Source: Methanopyrus kandleri AV19 (GTDB lineage: Archaea > JAADCQ01 > Methanopyri > Methanopyrales > Methanopyraceae). Taken from it: a stretch of DNA of 32,000 bases. Positions 9,500 to 19,858 of the stretch are shown one piece after another; within the stretch, counting starts at the first letter, position 1, and each line of letters starts with the position of its first letter. The DNA lies in NCBI RefSeq assembly GCF_000007185.1, contig NC_003551.1, forward strand, positions 1,020,001-1,052,000, read 5' to 3'. The position numbers were made by a program, and so were the translations under genes. The notes below the pieces were generated by a model. That model was not told the origin of the DNA. It searched no databases and saw only the letters and a program-made list of their open reading frames with translations.

Positions 9500-10444
9500 G
9501 TGCGCCGGCGGGAGGTACTGCGTCCGCTGAGGGAGGACGACAAGTACCGCCACCCGGCGGTGTTGGACGAGGGGGTCAAGATAATAGGGGATAACCTGGC
9601 TGATGTAACAGCCGAGATCGGCGCCTACGCTGAGATCGGCCCGTCGGTGGTAATTCGAAGGAAAGCCGCGATCTACGGGTTTTGCCGGGTGTTCGACTCG
9701 GATGTGGGTGAGCGGGCGAGCATATCTCCGTTCTCCATCGTGCGCGCGGACGTGGGTAACGACGCGTTCATAGGCGACGGATCCATGATAGGTGCGATCG
9801 GTGAAGATCGGGCCAAGTTGGGTTACGACTGTTTCATCGGCATGAGATGTGTGGTGTACGGTGGTGTGAAGGTAGGTGATGGGGCGATCGTAGGGGCGGG
9901 TTCGGTCGTCGAGGAGGACGTAGAACCTTACACGGTCGTGATGGGGCGGCCGGCCGAGTACGTGGGTGACACCGTCAGGATAAGCGCCAACACGTTCGTG
10001 GGCGGCGAAGAGGCGTCGGCGCAGGCTCGGATGGTCACGCGTGGCTACGACACAGGGTGGGAGACGTTGGGATGCACGGAGAGTCGCGGTGTGAACCTGA
10101 CGGTGGTTACTTTCGACCGTGAGGTATGGGAGAGGCTGATGGGTCTGCTCGGTAGGTTCCGCGGTGAGGTGGACCACGGGACGTTCCGGTTTGAAGGTGT
10201 AGAGTTCTTCGGGATCGCGGCGTCGTCCGAACGGCCACCCCGTCGGGTGGTGGACAAGATCCGTGAACTACTCCTGGAGCGGGCCGAGCGGCTGGTAGCG
10301 TGCATTTTGGACTGTCCGAAAGGATACGGCCGGGACGTGGTAGTCCGAAGCGGTCGGATCAGCGACGAGCGGGTGACCGGTCCGTTACGCGCCCGCGGCT
10401 CGAGGTACTATCGGCGCACCGAGGAGGGCTTGCATACTGTTTGA
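9500..10444 (+). CDS. Two-part protein: N-terminal left-handed beta-helix (hexapeptide repeat) domain plus uncharacterised C-terminal domain
   Basis: Hexapeptide-like repeats (AEIGAYAEIGPSVVIRRKAAIYGFCRV... FIGDGSMIGAIGEDRAKLGYDCFIGMRCVVYGGVKVGDGAIVGAGSVVEEDVEPYTVVMGRPA) followed by about 150 aa of different character. Confidence 0.7.
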   Translation: MRRREVLRPLREDDKYRHPAVLDEGVKIIGDNLADVTAEIGAYAEIGPSVVIRRKAAIYGFCRVFDSDVGERASISPFSIVRADVGNDAFIGDGSMIGAIGEDRAKLGYDCFIGMRCVVYGGVKVGDGAIVGAGSVVEEDVEPYTVVMGRPAEYVGDTVRISANTFVGGEEASAQARMVTRGYDTGWETLGCTESRGVNLTVVTFDREVWERLMGLLGRFRGEVDHGTFRFEGVEFFGIAASSERPPRRVVDKIRELLLERAERLVACILDCPKGYGRDVVVRSGRISDERVTGPLRARGSRYYRRTEEGLHTV

Positions 10445-10518
10445 AGCGTTAACGGCTGGTCGCCACGGCCGGTGCGTATTATATCCTTCCGACTGTCGGG
10501 TGCTGGGGGCCGTCCGGC

Positions 10519-11127
10519 TTGAAGGTCGCTGTCGTCGCCGTGCAGGGAGCCGTCGAGGAACACGAATCGATCCTGGAAGCGGCCGGTGAGCGGATCGGCG
10601 AAGACGTCGAGGTGGTATGGGCAAGGTACCCGGAAGATCTCGAGGACGTGGACGCCGTCGTGATTCCGGGAGGAGAGAGCACCACGATCGGACGTCTGAT
10701 GGAGCGGCACGACCTGGTTAAGCCGCTGCTGGAGCTGGCGGAGTCGGATACTCCCATCCTTGGAACCTGCGCGGGGATGGTCATCCTCGCGCGTGAGGTC
10801 GTTCCGCAGGCTCATCCAGGGACGGAGGTGGAGATCGAGCAGCCTCTACTAGGTCTAATGGACGTGCGGGTAGTCCGGAACGCGTTCGGCCGGCAGCGTG
10901 AATCATTCGAAGTAGATATCGAGATCGAGGGGCTCGAGGACCGGTTCCGGGCAGTCTTCATCCGAGCTCCGGCCGTGGACGAGGTCCTGTCCGACGATGT
11001 GAAGGTGCTCGCGGAGTACGGCGATTACATTGTGGCCGTGGAGCAGGATCACCTGCTCGCCACGGCTTTCCACCCGGAGCTCACCGACGATCCGCGTCTT
11101 CACGCTTACTTCCTGGAGAAGGTGTGA
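10519..11127 (+). CDS. pdxT: Pyridoxal 5'-phosphate synthase glutaminase subunit
   Basis: VAVVAVQGAVEEHESIL, VIPGGESTTIGRL, PILGTCAGMVILA, AVEQDHLLATAFHPELTDD. Confidence 0.93.
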   Translation: MKVAVVAVQGAVEEHESILEAAGERIGEDVEVVWARYPEDLEDVDAVVIPGGESTTIGRLMERHDLVKPLLELAESDTPILGTCAGMVILAREVVPQAHPGTEVEIEQPLLGLMDVRVVRNAFGRQRESFEVDIEIEGLEDRFRAVFIRAPAVDEVLSDDVKVLAEYGDYIVAVEQDHLLATAFHPELTDDPRLHAYFLEKV

Positions 11128-11139
11128 GGGGAACTGACC

Positions 11140-12081
11140 TTGGCGTGCGGCATCGCCGGTATCGTGCTGCCCGAGCCGGGGCCTGTCGGTGCTATCCTGA
11201 CGGAGATGCTGGATGCGCTGCAGCACCGGGGTCCCGACTCGGCCGGTTACGGTCTGTACCGGGACGTCGACACGGCGGTTTTCGTCCTAGAGCTGCCGGC
11301 CGAGGACGGGGAAATGGAGCTGCTGAGTGAGGTCGAGCGTGCGCTGGAAGGGCGCCAACTGAAACGGGTGGAGCGGATCGCCGAAGACGCGGGCACGCGG
11401 GTGTACCGGCTGTTCGTGGAGGGGTTCTCGACGGGACGACAGGGCCAGCGAGAGCTGGCGGAAGTCGTGGAGAAGATCGAGAACTCGGACATCACCGTAT
11501 TGAGCGCGGGTCACGGCTTCGAGATCCTGAAGGACGTGGGCACGGCGGCCGAAGTCTCGGAGCAGTACGGTGTCGAGGCGATCGAAGGCACTCACGGGAT
11601 CGGACACGTGAGGTTCTCGACGGAATCGGAGGTCGATAGGTATCACGCGCATCCGTTTCAAAGTTACATGATACCTAACATGGCAGTGGTTCACAATGGT
11701 CAAATTACCAACTACTACACGATCAGAGAGCGACTCGAAATTAAAGGATATCAGTTCAAGACCAACAACGATTCGGAGTGTATAGTAGTGTATGTAGCGG
11801 ACAAGTTGCGGGACGGATACTCGCTGGAGGAGGCGATGGAGGAGGCCATCCGCGACCTCGACGGACCGTTCTGCTTTATTATCAGCACTCCGGACGCGAT
11901 CGCGGTCGCGAGGGACCCGCTGGGGCTTCGTCCCGGTGTGATCGGGTTCGGTAAGGACGGGGCTGTCGCCGTCGCCTCGGAGGAGGTCGCGCTGCGTCGG
12001 ATCTTCGGCGACGAGCTCGAAGGTATCGAACAGATCGAACCGGGCGAGTACGAGGTGTTCGAGGTGGGTGGCCGGGGTTGA
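11140..12081 (+). CDS. Class II glutamine amidotransferase, archaeal glutamate synthase domain 1-like
   Basis: CGIAGIVLPEPG, LQHRGPDSAGYG, GIGHVRFSTES, AVVHNGQITNYY, NNDSECI, PLGLRP. Confidence 0.88.
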   Translation: MACGIAGIVLPEPGPVGAILTEMLDALQHRGPDSAGYGLYRDVDTAVFVLELPAEDGEMELLSEVERALEGRQLKRVERIAEDAGTRVYRLFVEGFSTGRQGQRELAEVVEKIENSDITVLSAGHGFEILKDVGTAAEVSEQYGVEAIEGTHGIGHVRFSTESEVDRYHAHPFQSYMIPNMAVVHNGQITNYYTIRERLEIKGYQFKTNNDSECIVVYVADKLRDGYSLEEAMEEAIRDLDGPFCFIISTPDAIAVARDPLGLRPGVIGFGKDGAVAVASEEVALRRIFGDELEGIEQIEPGEYEVFEVGGRG

Positions 12082-12770
12082 AGGAGAGGGTTATCGACTG
12101 TCGTGACAAGGAACCTCGGGACATCAACAGCGCGCTGAAGACCTACGCCCGGGAGTACGACCGGATCGTGCTCGAGAACCCCGGTGCCAAGCACTACATC
12201 GCGGCCGGGCTGACCGAGGAGGTTGAGGTGATCATCAAAGGGAGCGTCGGCTACTACGTTGGTACGATGATCCACGGGCCGCGGATCCTCGTTAAGGGGA
12301 ACGCGGGCTGGTACCCGGGCGATAACGTCACGAAGGGAGAGATCGTGATCGAGGGTCACGCGGGTGACGGAGTCGGTCAGGGAATGTACGGTGGTACCAT
12401 CGTCGTCCGTGGCGACGCGGGTTCACGGGTCGGTCAGATCATGAAGAACGGGACGGTGATCGTGGGCGGCGACGTGGAGATCATGACGGGCATGTACATG
12501 ATGGGCGGAACGATCATCGTACTGGGCGACGCCGGCACGTACACGGGCGAGAGCATGCTCCGCGGCGAGATCTACGTGTTGGGCGAGGTCGAGGATCTGG
12601 GTAAGAACGCCGAAGCCGTCGATCCCAACGGTGAGGATATCGAGCGCGTCTGGGAACTCGTCCGCGCGTACGACTTCGACGTAACCCGTGACGACTTAAA
12701 AGCGTTGACGAAGATCGTACCCAGGTCGAAGCGCCCGTTCTACGGCTCCGAAGAGATGGAGGAGGGGTAA
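12078..12770 (+). CDS. Glutamate synthase alpha-subunit C-terminal (GXGXG) domain protein
   Basis: Parallel beta-helix repeats with VGYYVGTMIHGPRILVKGNAGWYPGDNVTKGEIVIEGHAGDGVGQGMYGGTIVVRGDAGSRVG. TTG start overlaps the upstream stop by 4 nt. Confidence 0.88.
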   Translation: MKERVIDCRDKEPRDINSALKTYAREYDRIVLENPGAKHYIAAGLTEEVEVIIKGSVGYYVGTMIHGPRILVKGNAGWYPGDNVTKGEIVIEGHAGDGVGQGMYGGTIVVRGDAGSRVGQIMKNGTVIVGGDVEIMTGMYMMGGTIIVLGDAGTYTGESMLRGEIYVLGEVEDLGKNAEAVDPNGEDIERVWELVRAYDFDVTRDDLKALTKIVPRSKRPFYGSEEMEEG

Positions 12771-12776
12771 GAACCC

Positions 12777-13466
12777 GTGGCCACGACCGTCGTGTTGTGT
12801 AGCGGCGGGCTGGACTCCTCGGTTATCGCCAAGTGGGCGGTGGAGGAGCTCGGAGGGCGCGTGATATGTCTTTTCGTCGATTATGGGCAGCGGAACGCAC
12901 CCTTCGAGCGGAGGGCTGCGGAACGTATAGCCGAAGCGGTGGGGGCCGAGTTCGAAACTGTCGGCACGTTCTGGCTGAGGCGCCTCTGCCCGGATAACCC
13001 CATGTTCGCCGGTAGACTGCCGCGTGAGGCCGGGACCGAGGATCTCTCGGCGAACTGGCTTCCGGCGAGGAACTGGAACCTCCTGGGGGTCGCGGCGGCG
13101 CTCTGTGACCATCTGTACCTCGAGGGGGAAGACGACGAGTTCCACATCGTTTGGGGTATCAACGCCGAGGAAGCCGAACGGTTTCCGGACAACACCAAGG
13201 AGTTCGCCGACGCCGTAGCTGAGGCGCTGAAGCGGGGACTGCCCTCGCGGCCGCGGCTCCACAGTCCGTTGGCCGAGTTGTACAAGCCGGGCATAGTGCG
13301 CCTGGGCTCGGAGCTCGGTGCCCCGATGGAGCTCTCCGTAAGTTGCTACAACCCGATCTGGGAGGACGACACGCCGGTGCACTGCGGAGAGTGTGAGGCG
13401 TGTTACCACCGTAAGCGGGCCTTCGAGCGGGCGGGGATCGAAGATCCCACAGAGTATCTGGAGTGA
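12777..13466 (+). CDS. queC: 7-cyano-7-deazaguanine synthase
   Basis: TTVVLCSGGLDSSVIAKWA, FVDYGQRNAPFERRAAERIA, CNPIWEDDTPVHCGECEACYHRKRAFERAGIEDPTEY. Confidence 0.93.
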   Translation: MATTVVLCSGGLDSSVIAKWAVEELGGRVICLFVDYGQRNAPFERRAAERIAEAVGAEFETVGTFWLRRLCPDNPMFAGRLPREAGTEDLSANWLPARNWNLLGVAAALCDHLYLEGEDDEFHIVWGINAEEAERFPDNTKEFADAVAEALKRGLPSRPRLHSPLAELYKPGIVRLGSELGAPMELSVSCYNPIWEDDTPVHCGECEACYHRKRAFERAGIEDPTEYLE

Positions 13467-13920
13467 CCTCGCCGCCCTCGGGACCACCGCCCTAATCGCG
13501 GCGAGTCCCATCGGCCACTGGCCCGCGATCGCCTACGGGCTCGCCCACGGCCTTCCCGCCCCCCTGGTTATCGTGGTAGTGGGCCTAGCAGGGTACCTAC
13601 CGGTGGAACTGTGCCGGTTCGTGCGCAACCCCGACCCGAACACGTCCGGTAAGCGCGCCGAGCAGCTAGTACGACGATACGGTCCGTACTTGGGCGTGCT
13701 GACGGTTATGGTGCTCTTCGGATCCTACATCACCCTCGCCACGATGGCGGTCGCGGGACTCGGTGGTGATCGGCGAGCCCACCTCTCGGCCTTGGCAGGT
13801 TCCATGCTGCTCGCCCTGCTGGGGTACGGTGCGACCCACACGACGTTAAGGGCGCTGCAGCCGTGGTTAATGGGTCAGGAGTGGGGGGAAGAACTGCTCC
13901 GACGGTTCGGTATACGCTGA
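13393..13920 (+). CDS. Putative small multidrug export-like integral membrane protein (COG2426-like)
   Basis: Hydrophobic ORF with ELCRFVRNPDPNTSGKRAEQLVRRYGPYLGVLTVM. The true start is uncertain and may lie near the queC stop. Confidence 0.6.
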   Translation: MRRVTTVSGPSSGRGSKIPQSIWSDLAALGTTALIAASPIGHWPAIAYGLAHGLPAPLVIVVVGLAGYLPVELCRFVRNPDPNTSGKRAEQLVRRYGPYLGVLTVMVLFGSYITLATMAVAGLGGDRRAHLSALAGSMLLALLGYGATHTTLRALQPWLMGQEWGEELLRRFGIR

Positions 13921-13965
13921 GGTGCTACGAAGGGGGGAGTAACCGTCAGACGAGACGTCCCCTCC

Positions 13966-15177
13966 ATGGTGGTCGATAAGCACGCTCGGGACGCAATTCG
14001 GTCGGGAGCCCTCTCGGTTTTCGCACCGGCCGTTCGGAGGGTCAGGGGACGGTTCCGACCCGGTGATGTGGTGAAGATCGAAACCGCGACCGGCGACTTC
14101 CTGGGCTACGCCTTCGCCCAGACTTCGGACCGCGACGTGCGTAGTGGCCGGGCTCCGGGCATCGTGGCCAGGATCTTCGATCGGAAGGGAGAGTACCCGG
14201 AGCGCTCACCGGACGAGATCGTGTTGGAGCGTATCGAGAGGAGATACCGGTTCAGAAAGCGGTGGAAGGTCGACGCGCACAGGGACCACATGAGGGTGGT
14301 GTTCTCGGAAGCCGACGATGTTCCCGGCCTCATCCTGGACAAGTTCAACGACATCGCCGTGTTTCAGACCACGTGCCCGGCCATAGAGAGGATCATCTTG
14401 AGGAACGCGGCTGAACTACTCGAGATATTGGATGTGGACACGCTTTACGAGAAGAACGATTCAAGGAAGCGGCGACAGTTGGGGATGGAGGTACGGAAGA
14501 GGGTGGTGGCTGGAGAGGAGCGAGTCGAGACCGTCGTAGAGGAGTACGGGGTGCGCTTCGCGGTCAACGTCGAGGAAGGTCAGAAGACGGGGTTCTACAT
14601 CGACCAGGTGGAGAACCGCGCGAAGGTGCAGGAGCTGGTGGATGGAGGTAGGGTCCTTGACGTCTTCACGTACGTAGGTGGGTTCGCGATCCACGCGGCG
14701 GTAGGCGGCGCCGAGGAGGTGGTAGGTATCGACAAGTTCGACCGGGTAGTCCAGGCCGCGTACCGTAACGCCGACCTCAACGACGTCCGAGACCGTGTGA
14801 AGTTCCTCGTAGGGGACGCGTTCGCCCTGCTCGAGAAGTTCGAACGGCGGGGAGAGGAGTTCGACGTCGTGGTCCTGGATCCACCGGCGTTCGTCACGTC
14901 CAAAGAGCATCTGAACAGGGGACGTAGGGCGTACTTCGACGTGAACTACAAGGCCCTGGGGCTGGTCCGGGACGGCGGCCTCTTCGTGACCTGCTCGTGC
15001 AGCCACTTCTTGGAGCCCTCCGACTTCGTGAGACTGGTTAACGAGGCGGCAGCCCGGCGGAGCGTGAGGCTCAGGATGCTCGGTCCGCTGCGGGGCCAAC
15101 CCCCGTGCCATCCGATAGTACCTGGGAACCCAGACACCAGATACCTCAAGGCGATGTTCTGTGCGGTGGAGCACTAG
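13966..15177 (+). CDS. PUA-domain class I SAM-dependent (rRNA cytosine-C5, RlmI-like) methyltransferase
   Basis: N-terminal PUA-like region, VLDVFTYVGGFAIHAA, VVLDPPAFVTSKEHL, LVRDGGLFVTCSCSHFLEPSDF. Confidence 0.87.
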   Translation: MVVDKHARDAIRSGALSVFAPAVRRVRGRFRPGDVVKIETATGDFLGYAFAQTSDRDVRSGRAPGIVARIFDRKGEYPERSPDEIVLERIERRYRFRKRWKVDAHRDHMRVVFSEADDVPGLILDKFNDIAVFQTTCPAIERIILRNAAELLEILDVDTLYEKNDSRKRRQLGMEVRKRVVAGEERVETVVEEYGVRFAVNVEEGQKTGFYIDQVENRAKVQELVDGGRVLDVFTYVGGFAIHAAVGGAEEVVGIDKFDRVVQAAYRNADLNDVRDRVKFLVGDAFALLEKFERRGEEFDVVVLDPPAFVTSKEHLNRGRRAYFDVNYKALGLVRDGGLFVTCSCSHFLEPSDFVRLVNEAAARRSVRLRMLGPLRGQPPCHPIVPGNPDTRYLKAMFCAVEH

Positions 15178-16592
15178 CCGATCGGTAGTGCGATGTAGAG
15201 TGCGAAGATGTAGGCGGGCAGAGTGAATGCGAGGAGCATCGGGTGGATAGCCCAATCGTGAGGACGCTCATCGGCTGGTTTCGGATCCCTTATCCACTTC
15301 AATAGATCTAGCAGTGTTTTCGTAACTACGATTGTGTATACGACGACGAGTACTAGTTCTGTCTGATGCATATGGTAGTACCACAATCGCATGAAATTAG
15401 GTGCGGCCAAGTACAGCTGATGGGCCTTCTCTACAGCTAATGGTGTGGAAAAGCCCAGTAGTTGAAGTGCTGGATACCACCGTACATCTTCCGGTACGAA
15501 TACAGGAGCGTTACATACAGCGGCAGGAAGTCTGCTGAGTGCGAGGAGAAACGGGGCAGTGTTGAGGAACCCGACACACCATGATGGCAGCAACCAGACG
15601 GCGAATGGGAATACCCATAGGTAGATCCAGGCGATATAGTAGGGGTTTCCTACTTTGGTAGTTAGGGCAAACCATAACATGAACAGAGCTGCGGAGCCCC
15701 AAATAGTGTGTTTCAAGCCAGATGTTCTAATGGATTCTTGTAGGATTTCACGACGTTTCCAAAGCCACAAAGCTAGAGTTACAAATCCGAGAATTATAAG
15801 TGGTCCCGATAGCTTCCCTATAATGAAGTGATAGGGGTAAACGTGCCATCTAGTTAGGAGTAATGGGATGTTTAGAGGGGTAAGATCTTGAGGGAGTCTA
15901 AGCATATGAAATAGGAATGCTTGTTTCCAAAAGGCTTCTGGATCGTACAGTATAAAGGGTGACCAGAGTAAAGCTACTGTGATTGCAGAGGTTAAGAAAA
16001 ATATCTTTGCTGGGCGTGAACCGTACTTTTCTTTGAGGATAAGAGTGAACGGAATTACGAGTATTCCGGGCACATACTTGAAACTAGAAGCTAAAGCTAA
16101 GGAGACTCCAGCGGCGATGGGTCGACCACGGCGTACGCATACAGCAGTGAGTGCTAGGAAGAACGCGATAATAGTATCGAACTGATAACCCCACACAACC
16201 ATACCCATAGGTACTGATATGACTCCCCACTGAGCGATCGGCCACTCGAACTCCCGAATTATTACTAGGCATGTAAGCAGGTAGAATGCGACTAAAAATA
16301 TCTTAAGAGAAAATTGGAACGTCCATGGGTTGGAGTCTAAACCTAGGTTGTGGATGAGGTCGCGCGTGGTTATGTAAAAGACTACGGCCATCGGTGGGTA
16401 GTGTACTTTTTCGCACTCTGGGTAGACGTGTAGTAGGCCTTTAGACATCGCGACACGGTACCACTCCTCAAAGTAGTGGACGTCGTACCAGTTCATCATC
16501 ACTGGGGAGGTTGTCAGGAGGAAGACCGCTGCAAGGAGGGGGACCGCTACCGCCAGGTACCGCTCGTGCCGCTCGTTACGGACCCGAAACAA
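15174..16592 (-). CDS. Polytopic membrane glycosyltransferase (GT87/DUF2029-like or GT39-like)
   Basis: About 10 or more hydrophobic segments, an acidic residue pattern in the first loop, YPPMAVVFY and SFKYVPGILVIPF as in DUF2029/GT87 proteins. Noticeably more AT-rich than neighbours. Confidence 0.72.
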   Translation of the reverse strand: MFRVRNERHERYLAVAVPLLAAVFLLTTSPVMMNWYDVHYFEEWYRVAMSKGLLHVYPECEKVHYPPMAVVFYITTRDLIHNLGLDSNPWTFQFSLKIFLVAFYLLTCLVIIREFEWPIAQWGVISVPMGMVVWGYQFDTIIAFFLALTAVCVRRGRPIAAGVSLALASSFKYVPGILVIPFTLILKEKYGSRPAKIFFLTSAITVALLWSPFILYDPEAFWKQAFLFHMLRLPQDLTPLNIPLLLTRWHVYPYHFIIGKLSGPLIILGFVTLALWLWKRREILQESIRTSGLKHTIWGSAALFMLWFALTTKVGNPYYIAWIYLWVFPFAVWLLPSWCVGFLNTAPFLLALSRLPAAVCNAPVFVPEDVRWYPALQLLGFSTPLAVEKAHQLYLAAPNFMRLWYYHMHQTELVLVVVYTIVVTKTLLDLLKWIRDPKPADERPHDWAIHPMLLAFTLPAYIFALYIALPIG

Positions 16593-16608
16593 CTTCCGCC
16601 CTCCTTTA

Positions 16609-17565
<957 letters not shown>

Positions 17566-17570
17566 TCAGG

Positions 17571-18509
17571 TCACCCCATGAGGAGAGCTAAGATGGCTTT
17601 CTGCACGTGCAAGCGGTTTTCAGCCTGGTCGTAGATCACGCTCCGCTCCGAGTCCGCCACGTCGTCCGTGAGCTCGTACCCACGTTGTATGGGCATGCAG
17701 TGCATGACGATCGCGTGCTCGGGAGCGTGTGACATTAATTCCTCGTTGACCTGATACGGCCGGAATACCCGCAATCGTTCCTCCCGTTCGGCTTCGTCGC
17801 CCATGCTCACCCACACGTCGGTGTACACGACGTCGGCTTCGCGTACGGCCTCCTTAGGATCTCGAACTACCCGGGTCTCCGACCCCGATTCCTCGGCGCG
17901 ACGCTCTACCTCCCGCCAAACTCTGTCCGGGCACTCATACCCTTCGGGCACTGCGTGCACGAAATCCCAACCCAAAGTGGCACACACGAGGGCCAGGGAC
18001 GAACAGACGTTGTTCCCGTCTCCGACGAAGGCGACCGTGTGGGGACCTCGACCGAGCTTCTCCCGGATCGTGAAGGCGTCCGTAAGAGCTTGACAGGGGT
18101 GTTCGAGGTCACTCAGGCCGTTGATGACGGGTACCTCCGAGTACCGGGCGAACTCCTCGATGTCTTCGTGGCGGCGCGCTCGGATCATGACTCCGTCCAG
18201 ATACCTGCTCAGCACGGCCGCCGTGTCTTTGATCGCCTCACCTCGACCCAGCTGCAACTCCTGTTTTGTGTACGTGAAAGCCTGCCCGCCCAGCTGGTGC
18301 ATGGCCACCTCGAAGGAGACGCGGGTGCGGGTGGAGGGTTTCTCGAAGATTAGGCCGAGTGTCTTGCCTTCCAGTATCGGTATTACCCTCTCGCCCGCGA
18401 GGTAGCGTTCCTTGAACCGTTCGGCCACGCGCAGGACCGTTTCGACATCTTCCCGATCTAAATCCGCGATGGAAAGGAGATGGTTGGTGCTGAGGCGCTT
18501 CAACCTCAC
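17571..18509 (-). CDS. argF: Ornithine carbamoyltransferase
   Basis: NHLLSIADLDREDV, FEKPSTRTRVSFEVAMHQLGG, DLEHPCQALTDAFTI, HCMPIQRGYELTDDV. Confidence 0.94.
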   Translation of the reverse strand: MRLKRLSTNHLLSIADLDREDVETVLRVAERFKERYLAGERVIPILEGKTLGLIFEKPSTRTRVSFEVAMHQLGGQAFTYTKQELQLGRGEAIKDTAAVLSRYLDGVMIRARRHEDIEEFARYSEVPVINGLSDLEHPCQALTDAFTIREKLGRGPHTVAFVGDGNNVCSSLALVCATLGWDFVHAVPEGYECPDRVWREVERRAEESGSETRVVRDPKEAVREADVVYTDVWVSMGDEAEREERLRVFRPYQVNEELMSHAPEHAIVMHCMPIQRGYELTDDVADSERSVIYDQAENRLHVQKAILALLMG

Positions 18510-19858
18510 TACTCCCCACGGATTCGCTTCATACGGCGCACCCGCTTCTCAACGGTCTCATGCTTTCCGATGTCTGACCGGTGCCGAATCCTTTCCCCGC
18601 TCACGCACTCACGGATCGCACTCTCCGCGGCTTCTTCCGCCTGCTCGAGCTCGTCGCCGATACCCACGATCGCCAGGGCGCGGGAGGAGGTCATCCGGAT
18701 CTTTCCGTCCTCATCCAGGTTCACGGAAGCGTAGTACGGGACCGCGTCATACCTATGGATGCACTCCTCGTCCACCTCGATGACGTCTCCCTCTCCTTCC
18801 GACGACTCCGGGTACCCTTCGGGGACGACGTACTTGCACACGGTGGCCTTTTCGAGGAACTCGATCTCTCCCTCCATCGACCCCTCGGCGATCGACGCGT
18901 GAAGCGTTACGATGTCGCCTTCGGCGATCGGGAGGATGTTCATGGCTTCGGGGTCTCCGTACCGGCAGTTGAACTCGATGACGACGGGACCTTCCGCGGT
19001 CAGCATGAACTGCCCGTATAGAACCCCTCGGTACGGCTCACCGGTTTCCTTCTTGATCGCCTCGACAGTGCGTTCTAGGATCTCGACGGAACGTTCGTAA
19101 TCCTCTTTAGTTATGAACGGTAACAGACCATCGGGACACGAGTACGAGCCCATTCCACCAGTGATGGGGCCCTTATCACCCTCGTACGCGTGTGGGTGAT
19201 CCTGTACGGCTGGTGTGGGGATCACCTTTTCCCCGTCCGTGTAGGCCTGGATCGTGTACTCCTCACCCACGCACTTCTCCTCGATGATCACTTTGGGGAT
19301 CCCGCCGATGTCCTCCTCGAAGATCTCCTTCACGTATTCCTTCGCTTCGTCGAGATTCTTCAGCTGGTCGCCGACCACCTTCACTCCCTTACCGCCGGTC
19401 AGACCCGCCGGCTTGACGGCTACGGGTTTACCGAGCTCGTCGATGAAGTCGCAAGCCTCGTCGGGATCCTCGAATATCCCGAACTCCGGGCGGCCCGGAA
19501 TGTCGTACTTCTCCATCAGCTCGCGTGCGAAGCCCTTATCCCACTCGATCCGAGCCGGGCCCCGTTTCGGGCCGAACGTGGGGATGCCTTCCTCCTCCAG
19601 GCGGTCCGCCACTCCCTCGGCCAGCGGGTCTTCCGGCCCCACCACCGCGAAGTCCACGTTCCAGTCTGCGGCGGCTCGAGCCACCGCTTCCACGTCGGTC
19701 GGGTCTCCTACGACGTAGTCCTCGGCCAGTCGGATGATACCCGGGTTCCGGTTCCCCATGAACGCGTAAAGCTCTACGTCCTCGTCCGGAGCTCCGCAAA
19801 GCGCCTCTGCGATCGCGTGTTCTCGGGCGCCGCTACCCACGAGCAGTACTTTCAGCAT
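18509..19858 (-). CDS. purD: Phosphoribosylamine-glycine ligase
   Basis: MLKVLLVGSGAREHAIAEAL, VVGPEDPLAEGVAD, KPAGLTGGKGVKV, QDHPHAYEGDKGPITGGMGSYS, EFNCRYGDPEAMNILP. Confidence 0.95.
   Translation of the reverse strand: MLKVLLVGSGAREHAIAEALCGAPDEDVELYAFMGNRNPGIIRLAEDYVVGDPTDVEAVARAAADWNVDFAVVGPEDPLAEGVADRLEEEGIPTFGPKRGPARIEWDKGFARELMEKYDIPGRPEFGIFEDPDEACDFIDELGKPVAVKPAGLTGGKGVKVVGDQLKNLDEAKEYVKEIFEEDIGGIPKVIIEEKCVGEEYTIQAYTDGEKVIPTPAVQDHPHAYEGDKGPITGGMGSYSCPDGLLPFITKEDYERSVEILERTVEAIKKETGEPYRGVLYGQFMLTAEGPVVIEFNCRYGDPEAMNILPIAEGDIVTLHASIAEGSMEGEIEFLEKATVCKYVVPEGYPESSEGEGDVIEVDEECIHRYDAVPYYASVNLDEDGKIRMTSSRALAIVGIGDELEQAEEAAESAIRECVSGERIRHRSDIGKHETVEKRVRRMKRIRGE

Noticed and set aside
8450-10177. 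575-aa minus-strand ORF
   Set aside because: Most of it is antisense to the well-supported AK6-like gene (8915-9487) and the beta-helix protein (9500-10444). Only the C-terminal 131 aa was kept.
12881-13511. Antisense ORFs over queC, including 12696..13511 minus
   Set aside because: The opposing frame encodes unambiguous QueC motifs, and the antisense products have no recognisable features.
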